From assembly GCA_951813565.1 (NCBI GenBank), contig OX638351.1:640001-704000 (forward strand): a stretch of 64,000 nucleotides of DNA. Direction: 5' to 3'. This document shows, one piece after another, positions 1 to 8,475 of the stretch (position 1 is its first letter; every line of letters begins with the position of its first letter). Origin of the DNA: an uncultured Poribacteria bacterium. GTDB lineage: Bacteria > Poribacteria > WGA-4E > WGA-3G. Position numbers and translations under genes: made by a program. The notes below the pieces were generated by a model. The model saw only the letters and a list, made by a program, of their open reading frames with translations, made no database searches and was not told where the DNA came from.

Positions 1-199
1 TAGGGAGCCACTGTTTTTGTGTCTCAATTTTTGCCCTTAAAAACCCTTCCTCAACCTGCCATACAGAATCGCTTCCCTGTAGTTGCCAGTTATCTTCCAT
101 TTCTTGATTAAAGTCATCTTGCCATGTAACAGCACTCGCGATTCCTTGTAACGCGAGGAAAGCAAAAATCGTGATGAACATTCTAAAGACGTTTATCAT
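1..199 (-). CDS. Secreted protein, N-terminal part only (runs off the window edge)
   Basis: Hand translation from ATG at 199: MINVFRMFITIFAFLALQGIASA-VTWQDDFNQEMEDNWQLQG...; signal-peptide-like N-terminus, open to position 1. Confidence 0.7.
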   Translation of the reverse strand, partial: MINVFRMFITIFAFLALQGIASAVTWQDDFNQEMEDNWQLQGSDSVWQVEEGFLRAKIETQKQWLP

Positions 200-274
200 G
201 TTTTCATTGGTTTAAGGATTAAGAATTCAGTCAAGGATGCGAGACAGAAACCTGAGACCCTAACTACCAGAAAT

Positions 275-526
275 TTAGACTCTCTGCCAAGCAATTTTCA
301 ACATCTCGTTAGCATAATCCTGACCAGATGTTGGCAAAGGTAGGGTTTTACCCTCGCTCTGGTATTGATCAATTATCTCTTCAACGATGTCACACAATTC
401 TGAAAAAACCTCTTGTTCGTCATCACCGTGACATCCACCATAAAAGAGGCCAGGACAACTACCAACATAGCACTGATCTTCATCAGACCATTCAACAATT
501 TTTACGTAACGGGTACTTGGTTTCAT
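275..526 (-). CDS. hicB: HicB-family antitoxin
   Basis: YVKIVEWSDEDQCYVGSCPGL..GCHGDDEQE..LPLP RNase-H-like HicB pattern; overlaps upstream hicA by 4 nt. Confidence 0.85.
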   Translation of the reverse strand: MKPSTRYVKIVEWSDEDQCYVGSCPGLFYGGCHGDDEQEVFSELCDIVEEIIDQYQSEGKTLPLPTSGQDYANEMLKIAWQRV

Positions 527-720
527 TTTTTTGATTCCTCAATAGCTGCTTTGACAACCCTTTCTTGATAGTGTTTTGCGTCCGAACCGAGCTGACCAGA
601 AAGGATTACAAATTTCGAAACTTTGGGATGCACAAATTTTTTATGACTCCCTTTTCCACCACAGTTTACAAATCCAGCAGTTTCCAGGTCTTTAATGAGT
701 TCTCTAATTTTACGAGGCAT
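523..720 (-). CDS. hicA: HicA-family mRNA interferase toxin
   Basis: ELIKDLETAGF...GKGSHKKFVHP HicA signature. Confidence 0.9.
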   Translation of the reverse strand: MPRKIRELIKDLETAGFVNCGGKGSHKKFVHPKVSKFVILSGQLGSDAKHYQERVVKAAIEESKK

Positions 721-771
721 GTGTCAAATAGGTTAAATTCCAATTCTGCTTATCCATTTTCTTTATGTTTT

Positions 772-3024
772 TTATTTTTTTGTGGATGTAGTTGCAAATG
801 GTGTTCCATCGGCCTTTCCAAGATAGATATGATATGTATTATCGCTACAAACTGGAATTGCAACCTCTTTCTGAATATGCACACGTTGATATATTTCTTT
901 TTCGAATACCGATTTGATGGCACGGATGTGTAACTGATAACGTTCCTGATTCAAATTTGAAAACGAAAATTTACCTTGTGCGTCTGTCTCCATTTCAAAA
1001 CGGTCTAATGTTAATGACATATCATATCGGCTTAATTCCCATGGATACCATGAACGCGACACTAAGGCATTCTGCACTGGCCTGCCTGTATCTACCCAAA
1101 ACACTTGTCCTCTTATCTCTGACGTTGGCCTATCCGCTACGATGAATACCTCTCCGCCATTTTCAGATGCTTTGACGTCTACTTCTGTTGCAGCAATATC
1201 TTTTCCCACAATATAGAGTTTATATTTTTCTTCAAAGAGACCATCCAATACAAAAGTCGTTTCCGTTACAGGAAATTGTTTGGAAATGAGTGGTTTGTCC
1301 AGTGTCAGAGGATTCAGCGTTGGTTCCATTTTGACATCTTCGGGGAAAACCTTCACTTCATAATATCCATCTGATGGAATATCACGGGAAAAGATAATGC
1401 GTCCCTTAATAGCATACCCTTTTTGAAGCACAACATCCAACGGACCTTTTCCGATTTCCACTTTCGGGTATACCCTTGAAAGGTAACCTTTTTTTGACAC
1501 CTCAATGGACAAAAGGTGCGGTCCTGTTTCTAACAGTTGCATTTGGAAAGCACCGTTCGCATCCGTTTGCGTCATGGCAAGGATCGCGGCGTGTCCGTTT
1601 GGGTTTTCACTTTGGCGTGCTGCATAAAGTTTCGCATCAGTAATGGGACGTTGTTGTACATCAACAACCTTACCGTATAAGGTTTTCAGTTTCGGCAAGC
1701 GGATTTTAAGATGTTTTTTGCTTTGTGGATTGACCGACTCTAAAAATGCTATAATAACATCATTCCGAGACATTGTCAAACTGTATTCAATCGGATGGAG
1801 TTCAGAGAACAGGAAATTACCTTCTGCGTCGGTGTGTACAGTATGTTCAGGTTGCGCTGCGGCGCGAAAAAAGTCCGCAGATCTGTTGTGCATTTTTAAC
1901 CGCACTGTGAGTCCTTCAACGGTGTTTTTTGAGTTTGAAGTAAAAACCTTGCCTTGTAAGGAGAGAAAAGGTTGCAATACGAGTTCACCTAATGCATACA
2001 CATTTTTGCCCGGATCCATATTCCATCGCCAACGTTGTGTTTGATACCGTGGATGCGATGTTATTAGCGTAAAAGCGTAATAATTTTCGGCATCATTCGG
2101 TGTTGTGAGGCGAAATTCACCGTTTGTATCCGACTCTGTCTCATGCGCGAATACCCCATCAGGATAAAAACTCCCTATCTTTTCTGATGCCACGCTAACA
2201 AAAACTCCGGATATAGGCTGCCTATTTTCTGCGTCAACAAAGCGTCCTTGAAGGGATGCTCCCGGTTTCAAAAATACTTCTACACCGCCGACATGGCTAC
2301 TCGGATAAACCGTCACTATAGGCGAGCGGAATGCGCGTAAGGCATTCCGCATAATCGCAAAAACATAACTATCAAAAGCATCAATAATAACGTAGCGTCC
2401 CGACAACAGGTTTTTGACTTCAAAATATCCATCTAAGACTTTGCCACGGTATATCCTTTCTATATGTTCATCGTCATGTGTAAGTAGACCAATCTGTATT
2501 TCATCCGTAATCGGTAGCAGCAATTTGTTAACGGAATCAAGCAAGAATCCGGAAATGATTCCTGTGCCTTTAATCACAAAATCTGCATTAACTTCTGTTT
2601 TTTCACCAACCGTAACTTCGCGTTGTGCTATCAGTGTCCTGAAATGCTGGACTGTTACCTCCCAAGTGTCAGTAGGAAGATTCGTTAGTGCAAACTGCCC
2701 CCCTGAATCCGTTTTGGCGGCGTAAGTTATGTTGTCTGTTTGTGAAATTGCTGAGATGATGTAACCGGTGAGGGGATTGTTCTGTTTATCTGTAACCTGT
2801 CCTTGTATTGTGCCGACATTTTGGGATTGACAGATTCCTATAGAAGTGCCGAAGCATACCATGAACAGAACGATATGTGTGAGAATAGCGTTGTACATAA
2901 GGTTTATTATCCGATTCATGTGAGATGGTTCATAATAATCGTGTGAATCAGAATCGTGAAAACAATGATATTGTGAACTAACGGACAATGTGTGCTTGGC
3001 GTTGGAAAAGGCAAGATGAAACAT
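772..3024 (-). CDS. Exported protein with repeated carboxypeptidase-regulatory-like (transthyretin-fold) domains; true start probably downstream of 3024
   Basis: Repeated 'GxVxD..PI..A.V...TDxxGxF' units. Confidence 0.75.
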   Translation of the reverse strand: MFHLAFSNAKHTLSVSSQYHCFHDSDSHDYYEPSHMNRIINLMYNAILTHIVLFMVCFGTSIGICQSQNVGTIQGQVTDKQNNPLTGYIISAISQTDNITYAAKTDSGGQFALTNLPTDTWEVTVQHFRTLIAQREVTVGEKTEVNADFVIKGTGIISGFLLDSVNKLLLPITDEIQIGLLTHDDEHIERIYRGKVLDGYFEVKNLLSGRYVIIDAFDSYVFAIMRNALRAFRSPIVTVYPSSHVGGVEVFLKPGASLQGRFVDAENRQPISGVFVSVASEKIGSFYPDGVFAHETESDTNGEFRLTTPNDAENYYAFTLITSHPRYQTQRWRWNMDPGKNVYALGELVLQPFLSLQGKVFTSNSKNTVEGLTVRLKMHNRSADFFRAAAQPEHTVHTDAEGNFLFSELHPIEYSLTMSRNDVIIAFLESVNPQSKKHLKIRLPKLKTLYGKVVDVQQRPITDAKLYAARQSENPNGHAAILAMTQTDANGAFQMQLLETGPHLLSIEVSKKGYLSRVYPKVEIGKGPLDVVLQKGYAIKGRIIFSRDIPSDGYYEVKVFPEDVKMEPTLNPLTLDKPLISKQFPVTETTFVLDGLFEEKYKLYIVGKDIAATEVDVKASENGGEVFIVADRPTSEIRGQVFWVDTGRPVQNALVSRSWYPWELSRYDMSLTLDRFEMETDAQGKFSFSNLNQERYQLHIRAIKSVFEKEIYQRVHIQKEVAIPVCSDNTYHIYLGKADGTPFATTSTKK

Positions 3025-3182
3025 TCTTTCAAACGGATCTCTGCAATCAATCTGTTTAAAGCATACCCCACCTGTGAAAAAGAATCAAGGTATCCCATAA
3101 AGATTTATGAGATACCTTGTAATATAACTGTAATTTGGACAATTCATTCTGAATGTTCTAATGTTGTCCAAACTATAGGAAG

Positions 3183-3740
3183 CTAAAGATTATTAGCAAT
3201 GCGAATCTCTTCATCACTAAAACTTTCGTCATGCCATTCAGTGATACGCCATTCATCGTCTCTTTTTTCGAAGATAAACAGGTTATCGCCTTCCGCGAAC
3301 CATCCGACAAATCCACCTTCAAGTGACTCACCATCTGCCACAAAACCTTGGATTCTATAGTGATTTCGGACTTCGGCTTGCGTGCCATCTTTATTCATAG
3401 ATATTTCTGGTGGGATAGAGAGTTCTATTTCAATATCCTGAAATCGGCTAAAGACATGAATTGCAGAATCACGTTCGTCTCGAATATCATCAAATATGAG
3501 GTCGTCAGTTTTATCGCCGTCTGTTCCCCAGTCTGAGACGTATCGGAAACCTTGCGACCAGTAGGCACTCATGTAGGTTTCCACATCTTCAGTTTCATAA
3601 CCCTCTCGCCACCGTTTTAAAACACCGTTAATTGCTAAATAATCCTCAGATGACACCGGAATCTTATCAACGTCGCCACATCCAATAACAAACACCAATA
3701 ACGTGATTATACCACAAATTTTACCTAATTCCTGAAACAT
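3183..3740 (-). CDS. Lipoprotein with NTF2/SnoaL-like domain
   Basis: Lipobox VIGC; 'WREGYETEDVETYMSAY' and C-terminal 'EKRDDEWRITEW'. Confidence 0.7.
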   Translation of the reverse strand: MFQELGKICGIITLLVFVIGCGDVDKIPVSSEDYLAINGVLKRWREGYETEDVETYMSAYWSQGFRYVSDWGTDGDKTDDLIFDDIRDERDSAIHVFSRFQDIEIELSIPPEISMNKDGTQAEVRNHYRIQGFVADGESLEGGFVGWFAEGDNLFIFEKRDDEWRITEWHDESFSDEEIRIANNL

Positions 3741-3951
3741 TATGATTTCCTTTCAAACAAAGTACGGATGGCATGTTGGAGTGTGCCTGCTACCCTGTAT
3801 ATATTTATATTCCACCATACATAAACTATTATCCTTTTTATTTTTAGTTATCAACGGAATCCCTTTTCTTCAAAAAAACTTGCTAATGTCCTTGAAATTT
3901 CACATAATGAGCATAACGAAAATTTTCATTCCAAACCGGCCTGCCTTTTTA

Positions 3952-3981
3952 TGTAACCTTTTTGTCTTATTTTCATTCTTA
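3952..3981 (+). promoter_or_regulatory. Putative ECF-sigma promoter TGTAACC-N15-CATTCTTA (copy 1, upstream of the sigma gene)
   Basis: Same bipartite motif with the same spacing recurs at 4746-4775; AAC-containing -35 is typical of ECF promoters. Confidence 0.7.
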
Positions 3982-4108
3982 ACTTACAATGAAGGTTCAA
4001 AAAGCAGAGATTCAAGGCAAATAAAATTAAGCGTTTCACAAAACAATAGACATCATTGAATCAAATGAATTTCAATTAAGTTATGACAGAAACTGAGGTT
4101 GTGGTGTA

Positions 4109-4726
4109 ATGGATGAGTTTCGTGACGAAGAATTGGTGCATCAAAATATAGGCGATGCTGATGACGGAGCATTTGAAATCCTCTATCACCGTTACGAGGG
4201 CCCACTCCTCAGTTTTTTCTATAGGCGCGTTGGCAATTGGGAAACCGCGCAAGACCTTGTGCAAGAGACATTTATTAAAGTGCATCAAAATCTACGGACA
4301 CTTCGGGACCCAAAAAGTTTTTCCAGTTGGCTGTTTAGCATCGCGCACCAACTCATTGCAGCGCACTTCCGCGAAGCCAAGAGAAAACTCGAAATCGGTT
4401 CACTTGAAAGGAATCCTGAAGCATATCTGGTTGACCTTGAACATCGTTCCCCAATTTATCGTATCATAGCGAAAGAACAGATGGAGATTGTCTATGCTTT
4501 AGCACAACGACTGCCAATTTCCGAGCAAGAAGTATTTGAAATGAAGCTGGCAAACCCCAAAATGATGTTGGAAGAAATTGCCAGTATGTTGAACATTTCT
4601 TTGCCAGCCACCAAAGTTCGGCTACATCGCGCAAAGAAAAAAGTTATTGCTTGGATGAAAGCGGAATATCCTGGTGAATTTGACCACATATTTGGAAAAC
4701 AAGAGGAGGCAAAACAGGTTGAATAG
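4109..4726 (+). CDS. ECF-type RNA polymerase sigma-70 factor
   Basis: Region 2 'AQDLVQETFIKV...FSSWLFSIA' and region 4 'EEIASMLNISLPATKVRLHRAK'. Confidence 0.95.
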   Translation: MDEFRDEELVHQNIGDADDGAFEILYHRYEGPLLSFFYRRVGNWETAQDLVQETFIKVHQNLRTLRDPKSFSSWLFSIAHQLIAAHFREAKRKLEIGSLERNPEAYLVDLEHRSPIYRIIAKEQMEIVYALAQRLPISEQEVFEMKLANPKMMLEEIASMLNISLPATKVRLHRAKKKVIAWMKAEYPGEFDHIFGKQEEAKQVE

Positions 4727-4745
4727 TCCAGCAAAACGAATTTTA

Positions 4746-4775
4746 TGTAACCTTTTCAGCCGATTTGCATTCTTA
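4746..4775 (+). promoter_or_regulatory. Putative ECF-sigma promoter TGTAACC-N15-CATTCTTA (copy 2)
   Basis: Identical -35/-10 boxes and spacing to 3952-3981; lies just upstream of the RBS AGGAG and ATG at 4795. Confidence 0.7.
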
Positions 4776-4794
4776 CGCTAAAAGGAGAACACAC

Positions 4795-5517
4795 ATGACG
4801 CCGAATGATGTCAAGGAATTGCTAAAAACTTTAATTGCGGAGGAGGGATTATCGATTGATGTTATTGAAGTAACCCCTTCACAGGACTTAGACACATCGG
4901 ATTATACCACAGAGGGACGCATCAAAGATGTTATCCATCAATGGAACAAAGATGGTAAAATTTACACGCGTCATCCCGGGCGAGCAGAAATTATGGAATT
5001 CTATACCAAAACCGATTCTGCTTCGCCTGCAAAAGAATTGTTAGAATCCTTAGAAATTGAAGCACTCCTTGAATCTATCATAACAGAACAGAAATTGCCT
5101 ATCTGTTTCACCGATCATGGTTTCCGATTGGTTACATTGGCTGAGGATGACACAACGCGGTACCCTGTCAAAATTCTTCACGGTGGATTTCGGTTAGAAA
5201 AAAAACAGGGGGCTAAGGTTCTGTCAACGCAGCTTGATGGGGTGGCAAATCGCTTTGAAATGCTCCTAAAGGAAAAACGTATCAAGGCGAAATTGTTCCA
5301 CCGAGGTTTCAGATTAGAGAAGACTTCTGAAGTGAACATACCTCTCTCAAAAGTTGATGAGATTGCAAAACGGATAGATGATACTCTCGGCATCAACTAT
5401 GTGTTGGATTCATACAACACACCACCTTCCGAGGAAGTCTTTAAATCTACGAGTTGCACAAGTGCCAATATCCGAATTTCTTTGTGGCGTTTCCCACGAC
5501 GCCAATGGAAAAGTTGA
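4795..5517 (+). CDS. Hypothetical protein, HxGFxL-repeat family, paralog 1
   Basis: AGGAG RBS before ATG 4795 (MTPNDVKELL); repeats DHGFRL, HGGFRL, HRGFRL. Confidence 0.85.
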   Translation: MTPNDVKELLKTLIAEEGLSIDVIEVTPSQDLDTSDYTTEGRIKDVIHQWNKDGKIYTRHPGRAEIMEFYTKTDSASPAKELLESLEIEALLESIITEQKLPICFTDHGFRLVTLAEDDTTRYPVKILHGGFRLEKKQGAKVLSTQLDGVANRFEMLLKEKRIKAKLFHRGFRLEKTSEVNIPLSKVDEIAKRIDDTLGINYVLDSYNTPPSEEVFKSTSCTSANIRISLWRFPRRQWKS

Positions 5518-5564
5518 AAGACTATACTTTACTGCAACCTGATTCTACGATAGGAGGTTGAATT

Positions 5565-6377
5565 ATGGATCCCAATGATGTTAACGAATTACTGAGATCC
5601 TTGATTAACGAATTTGCCCTATCAATCACCTCTGTCGAAAAAGGCCCTCTATTGATCTCTGAAGATGACAATCCTGTTTCGAGATCATACACGGAGAATA
5701 TAATTAGACGGTGGAAGGGAGATGAAATCGCGGAAAAATTAAAAAAATTTACAATCAGTGGACATTGGTGTCTTTCAAGAGGGCGTAAGATTTCTGATGT
5801 ATATGACGAAGTAGAACATTTAGCGTCAAATTCAACTCGTATTGCGGAAGTTAAGGAGGTACTCCGATCCTTAATTAAAGAACGAGAGCTACCTTTCAAT
5901 ATCCTTCACTTACGGTTTACAGTAGTTATTCTCCCGGATGATCCGATGCAATTCCGTACTGACGATATGGTAGAACTTGAGACCCTGCAGGAGCGGATGA
6001 CCCTTGAAGGATGTTTCGGAGAAGATAATACCAACTTTCATGTCCGTCACGCAGGTTTTTCCCTATATCCAAAGGAAGATGCCCCCGATGTCCAGTATTC
6101 AAAGGTGCAGGAAGCAGCACTGCGTTTACAATCTAAAATAGGAAAGCACGGACTACAAGTGAGATTGATCCATAACGGTTTTCAATTAGAGAAAGACAGA
6201 GAAGTTGAGATAAATGTCGCGGAGGCTAAGGAATTGGCATCCCGTTTAATGTTTATGACAGGTATTGATTATAGTGTAGGAGCTTACGGTATGGGACCTA
6301 AAAAGGGTGTGAAGCCTGGATGGACACACACAATTAATTGGAAACACGCACGGGTAAGTTCATCCCGGCCCTGGTAA
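5565..6377 (+). CDS. Hypothetical protein, HxGFxL-repeat family, paralog 2
   Basis: AGGAGG RBS; MDPNDVNELLRSLINE; HAGFSL, HNGFQL. Confidence 0.85.
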   Translation: MDPNDVNELLRSLINEFALSITSVEKGPLLISEDDNPVSRSYTENIIRRWKGDEIAEKLKKFTISGHWCLSRGRKISDVYDEVEHLASNSTRIAEVKEVLRSLIKERELPFNILHLRFTVVILPDDPMQFRTDDMVELETLQERMTLEGCFGEDNTNFHVRHAGFSLYPKEDAPDVQYSKVQEAALRLQSKIGKHGLQVRLIHNGFQLEKDREVEINVAEAKELASRLMFMTGIDYSVGAYGMGPKKGVKPGWTHTINWKHARVSSSRPW

Positions 6378-6405
6378 CTTTAACAACACAAAAGGAGTAT
6401 AAATT

Positions 6406-7149
6406 ATGAACCCAAATAAAGTTAAGGCATTACTCAACACTTTGATCAACGAACTCAAATTACCAATCCATGTTTCTGTTTCTCATAATGGACCTACATT
6501 AGTTTTTGGACCGGGAAGTAGTTCAACACGATCACGAGCAAAAAATGTGTTAGAACACTGGTCTGATGGAGGCAAGCGTAGTTGGGTCATTTCTGTCGGA
6601 CTGCCTGTGAAAGAGAGGGATAAGGCAGCAACGCGCCTTGCTTTGGACACACATCGCACGACAGAGATAAGGCATATATTGGAATCATTAATCGCTGAAC
6701 AAACACTCCCTTTGACCGTTGTTGATGGTGGTTTTCAATTGGAAATCCTAACTGATGAAGGGATAGACTATTGCAGTGAAGATATGATGCAACTGGAAGC
6801 ACTTTTAACAAAAGAGGGCATAGATGTTCCAGTACGTCATAGCGGTTTTAGTTTACGACACAAGGAAGATGATGGTGAACTTCTGTTTTCGGAAGTCAAT
6901 ACACTGGCAAATCATCTCTCGTCTTTATTAGTAGAACACGGGTTACATGTGCGATTGCTCCATAATGGTTTTAGACTACATAAAGACCAAGACGACGCAA
7001 TAGATATTGCAGAAGTGAAGGAACTCATCTACCGATTAAAGATTATGGTAGGTATCCGCTATATCCAAGATGGTTGTGATTATTCGAATGACGTGTCAAA
7101 CCCTGAAATTCATTGGAAATCTGCTGACGTGAATACCGCCTTCCCATAG
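6406..7149 (+). CDS. Hypothetical protein, HxGFxL-repeat family, paralog 3
   Basis: AGGAG RBS; MNPNKVKALLNTLINE; DGGFQL, HSGFSL, HNGFRL. Confidence 0.85.
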   Translation: MNPNKVKALLNTLINELKLPIHVSVSHNGPTLVFGPGSSSTRSRAKNVLEHWSDGGKRSWVISVGLPVKERDKAATRLALDTHRTTEIRHILESLIAEQTLPLTVVDGGFQLEILTDEGIDYCSEDMMQLEALLTKEGIDVPVRHSGFSLRHKEDDGELLFSEVNTLANHLSSLLVEHGLHVRLLHNGFRLHKDQDDAIDIAEVKELIYRLKIMVGIRYIQDGCDYSNDVSNPEIHWKSADVNTAFP

Positions 7150-7250
7150 TTTCTAAATAGAACATCGGATTAACATGTGTGCTAATCCTTGTCGGAACTC
7201 ATAAAATAACAAACCGTCCAGTCAAAACATATAAAAGAAGGAATTCTGCA

Positions 7251-7514
7251 ATGACCTATGTAATTTGCGAACCTTGCATTGATGTAAAAGATCACGCTTG
7301 TGCTGAAATATGCCCTGTTGAATGTATTCACCCAATGCGTGACGAAAACCCAGACGAATTTGAAGAAGTAGAACAACTCTATATTGATCCTGAAGAATGT
7401 ATTGATTGTGCTATATGCGAACCTGCATGTCCTGTTGAGGCTATCTTCATAGAAGAGGATGTGCCAGAAGAATGGGAACACTGTATAAAAATAAACGCTG
7501 ATTATTTCCAATAA
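7251..7514 (+). CDS. FdxA-type dicluster ferredoxin 1
   Basis: MTYVICEPCIDVKDHACAEICP...CIDCAICEPACP; start moved to ATG 7251. Confidence 0.92.
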   Translation: MTYVICEPCIDVKDHACAEICPVECIHPMRDENPDEFEEVEQLYIDPEECIDCAICEPACPVEAIFIEEDVPEEWEHCIKINADYFQ

Positions 7515-7568
7515 TAAAAAATCAATTGACAATATGTTAGTAAATACACATAATAGGAGTACAGTTAA

Positions 7569-7850
7569 ATGACTTACGTAATTTGTGAGCCGTGCGTTGA
7601 TGTAAAAGACAGTGCCTGTGTTGATATTTGCCCTTGTGATTCCATCCGCCCACACCCAAGGGAGGAATCCGAGGACTATGAAGGAGTAAATCAACTCTTC
7701 ATTGACCCAGAAACATGTATCGAATGTGGTGTGTGTGAACCGGAATGCCCTATTGAAGCAATCTTTTTTGATGAGGATGTTCCTGAACAATGGAAACATT
7801 CCATACAAATAAACGCTGATTATTTCAATAAACAACAACTTAGTGTCTAA
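7569..7850 (+). CDS. FdxA-type dicluster ferredoxin 2
   Basis: MTYVICEPCVDVKDSACVDICP...CIECGVCEPECP. Confidence 0.92.
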   Translation: MTYVICEPCVDVKDSACVDICPCDSIRPHPREESEDYEGVNQLFIDPETCIECGVCEPECPIEAIFFDEDVPEQWKHSIQINADYFNKQQLSV

Positions 7851-7881
7851 GCAAAAAAACAAACGAAAGGAGAACGACAAA

Positions 7882-8145
7882 ATGACGTATGTAATTTGCG
7901 AACCTTGCATAGATGAAAAAGACAGCTCTTGTGTTGATGTCTGTCCAGTAGATTGCATTCACCCGCATCCAACAGATGCACCTGACGACTTCGAAGAAGT
8001 AGACATGCTCTACATCGATCCGGAAGAATGCATCGATTGTGGCGTATGCGAACCGGAATGCCCCGTTGAAGCTATCTTTATGGAAGAAGATTTGCCGGAA
8101 GAATGGGAACATTTCATAGAGATTAACGCTGCATATTTTGAGTAA
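7882..8145 (+). CDS. FdxA-type dicluster ferredoxin 3
   Basis: AGGAG RBS, ATG 7882; CIDCGVCEPECP. Confidence 0.92.
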   Translation: MTYVICEPCIDEKDSSCVDVCPVDCIHPHPTDAPDDFEEVDMLYIDPEECIDCGVCEPECPVEAIFMEEDLPEEWEHFIEINAAYFE

Positions 8146-8180
8146 ATAGCACCGAATTGATTGCTTGTCAGTCAAAAACT

Positions 8181-8270
8181 AAGGGTGTTGTCTTAACATT
8201 ATTTGATATACGTGTGGGTTTTAATCATAAAATCTATGCTATATCATTCGTTAGGCAACACCTTCTTTTT
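8181..8270 (+). terminator. Long imperfect stem-loop with T tract after the ferredoxin cluster
   Basis: GGTGTTGTC-TTAAC...TGATATA...TATATCA...GTTAG-GCAACACC followed by TTCTTTTT. Confidence 0.55.
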
Positions 8271-8332
8271 ATTAAAAGATGTAAATATTCGCTGGACAAA
8301 CAAAGGTTAAAAACGCGATACTAAATTTAGAT

Positions 8333-8433
8333 TATGGTGAATTATAAAAATAAATAGACACTTGCGTCCCCGGTAGGCGAGGTTTCCTAACCTCGCTGGT
8401 GCAGAGTGCCCAAGTAATTCCAAAGTCTACCAT
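8333..8433. mobile_element. MITE-like inverted-repeat unit with a GTAG REP hairpin core
   Basis: Ends TATGGTGAATTAT.../...AAGTCTACCATA, related to 14896-15031; core GTAGGCGAGGTTTCCTAACCTCGC. Confidence 0.55.
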
Positions 8434-8475
8434 AAATGCATCCTAAATGAATAACGTACACCTCGGAGAACAATT

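Noticed and set aside
3742..4059. 105-aa ORF before the sigma factor
   Set aside because: AT-rich divergent promoter region with no RBS or recognisable motif
7182..7958. 258-aa antisense ORF over the ferredoxins
   Set aside because: Shadow ORF of repeated genes with no protein motifs
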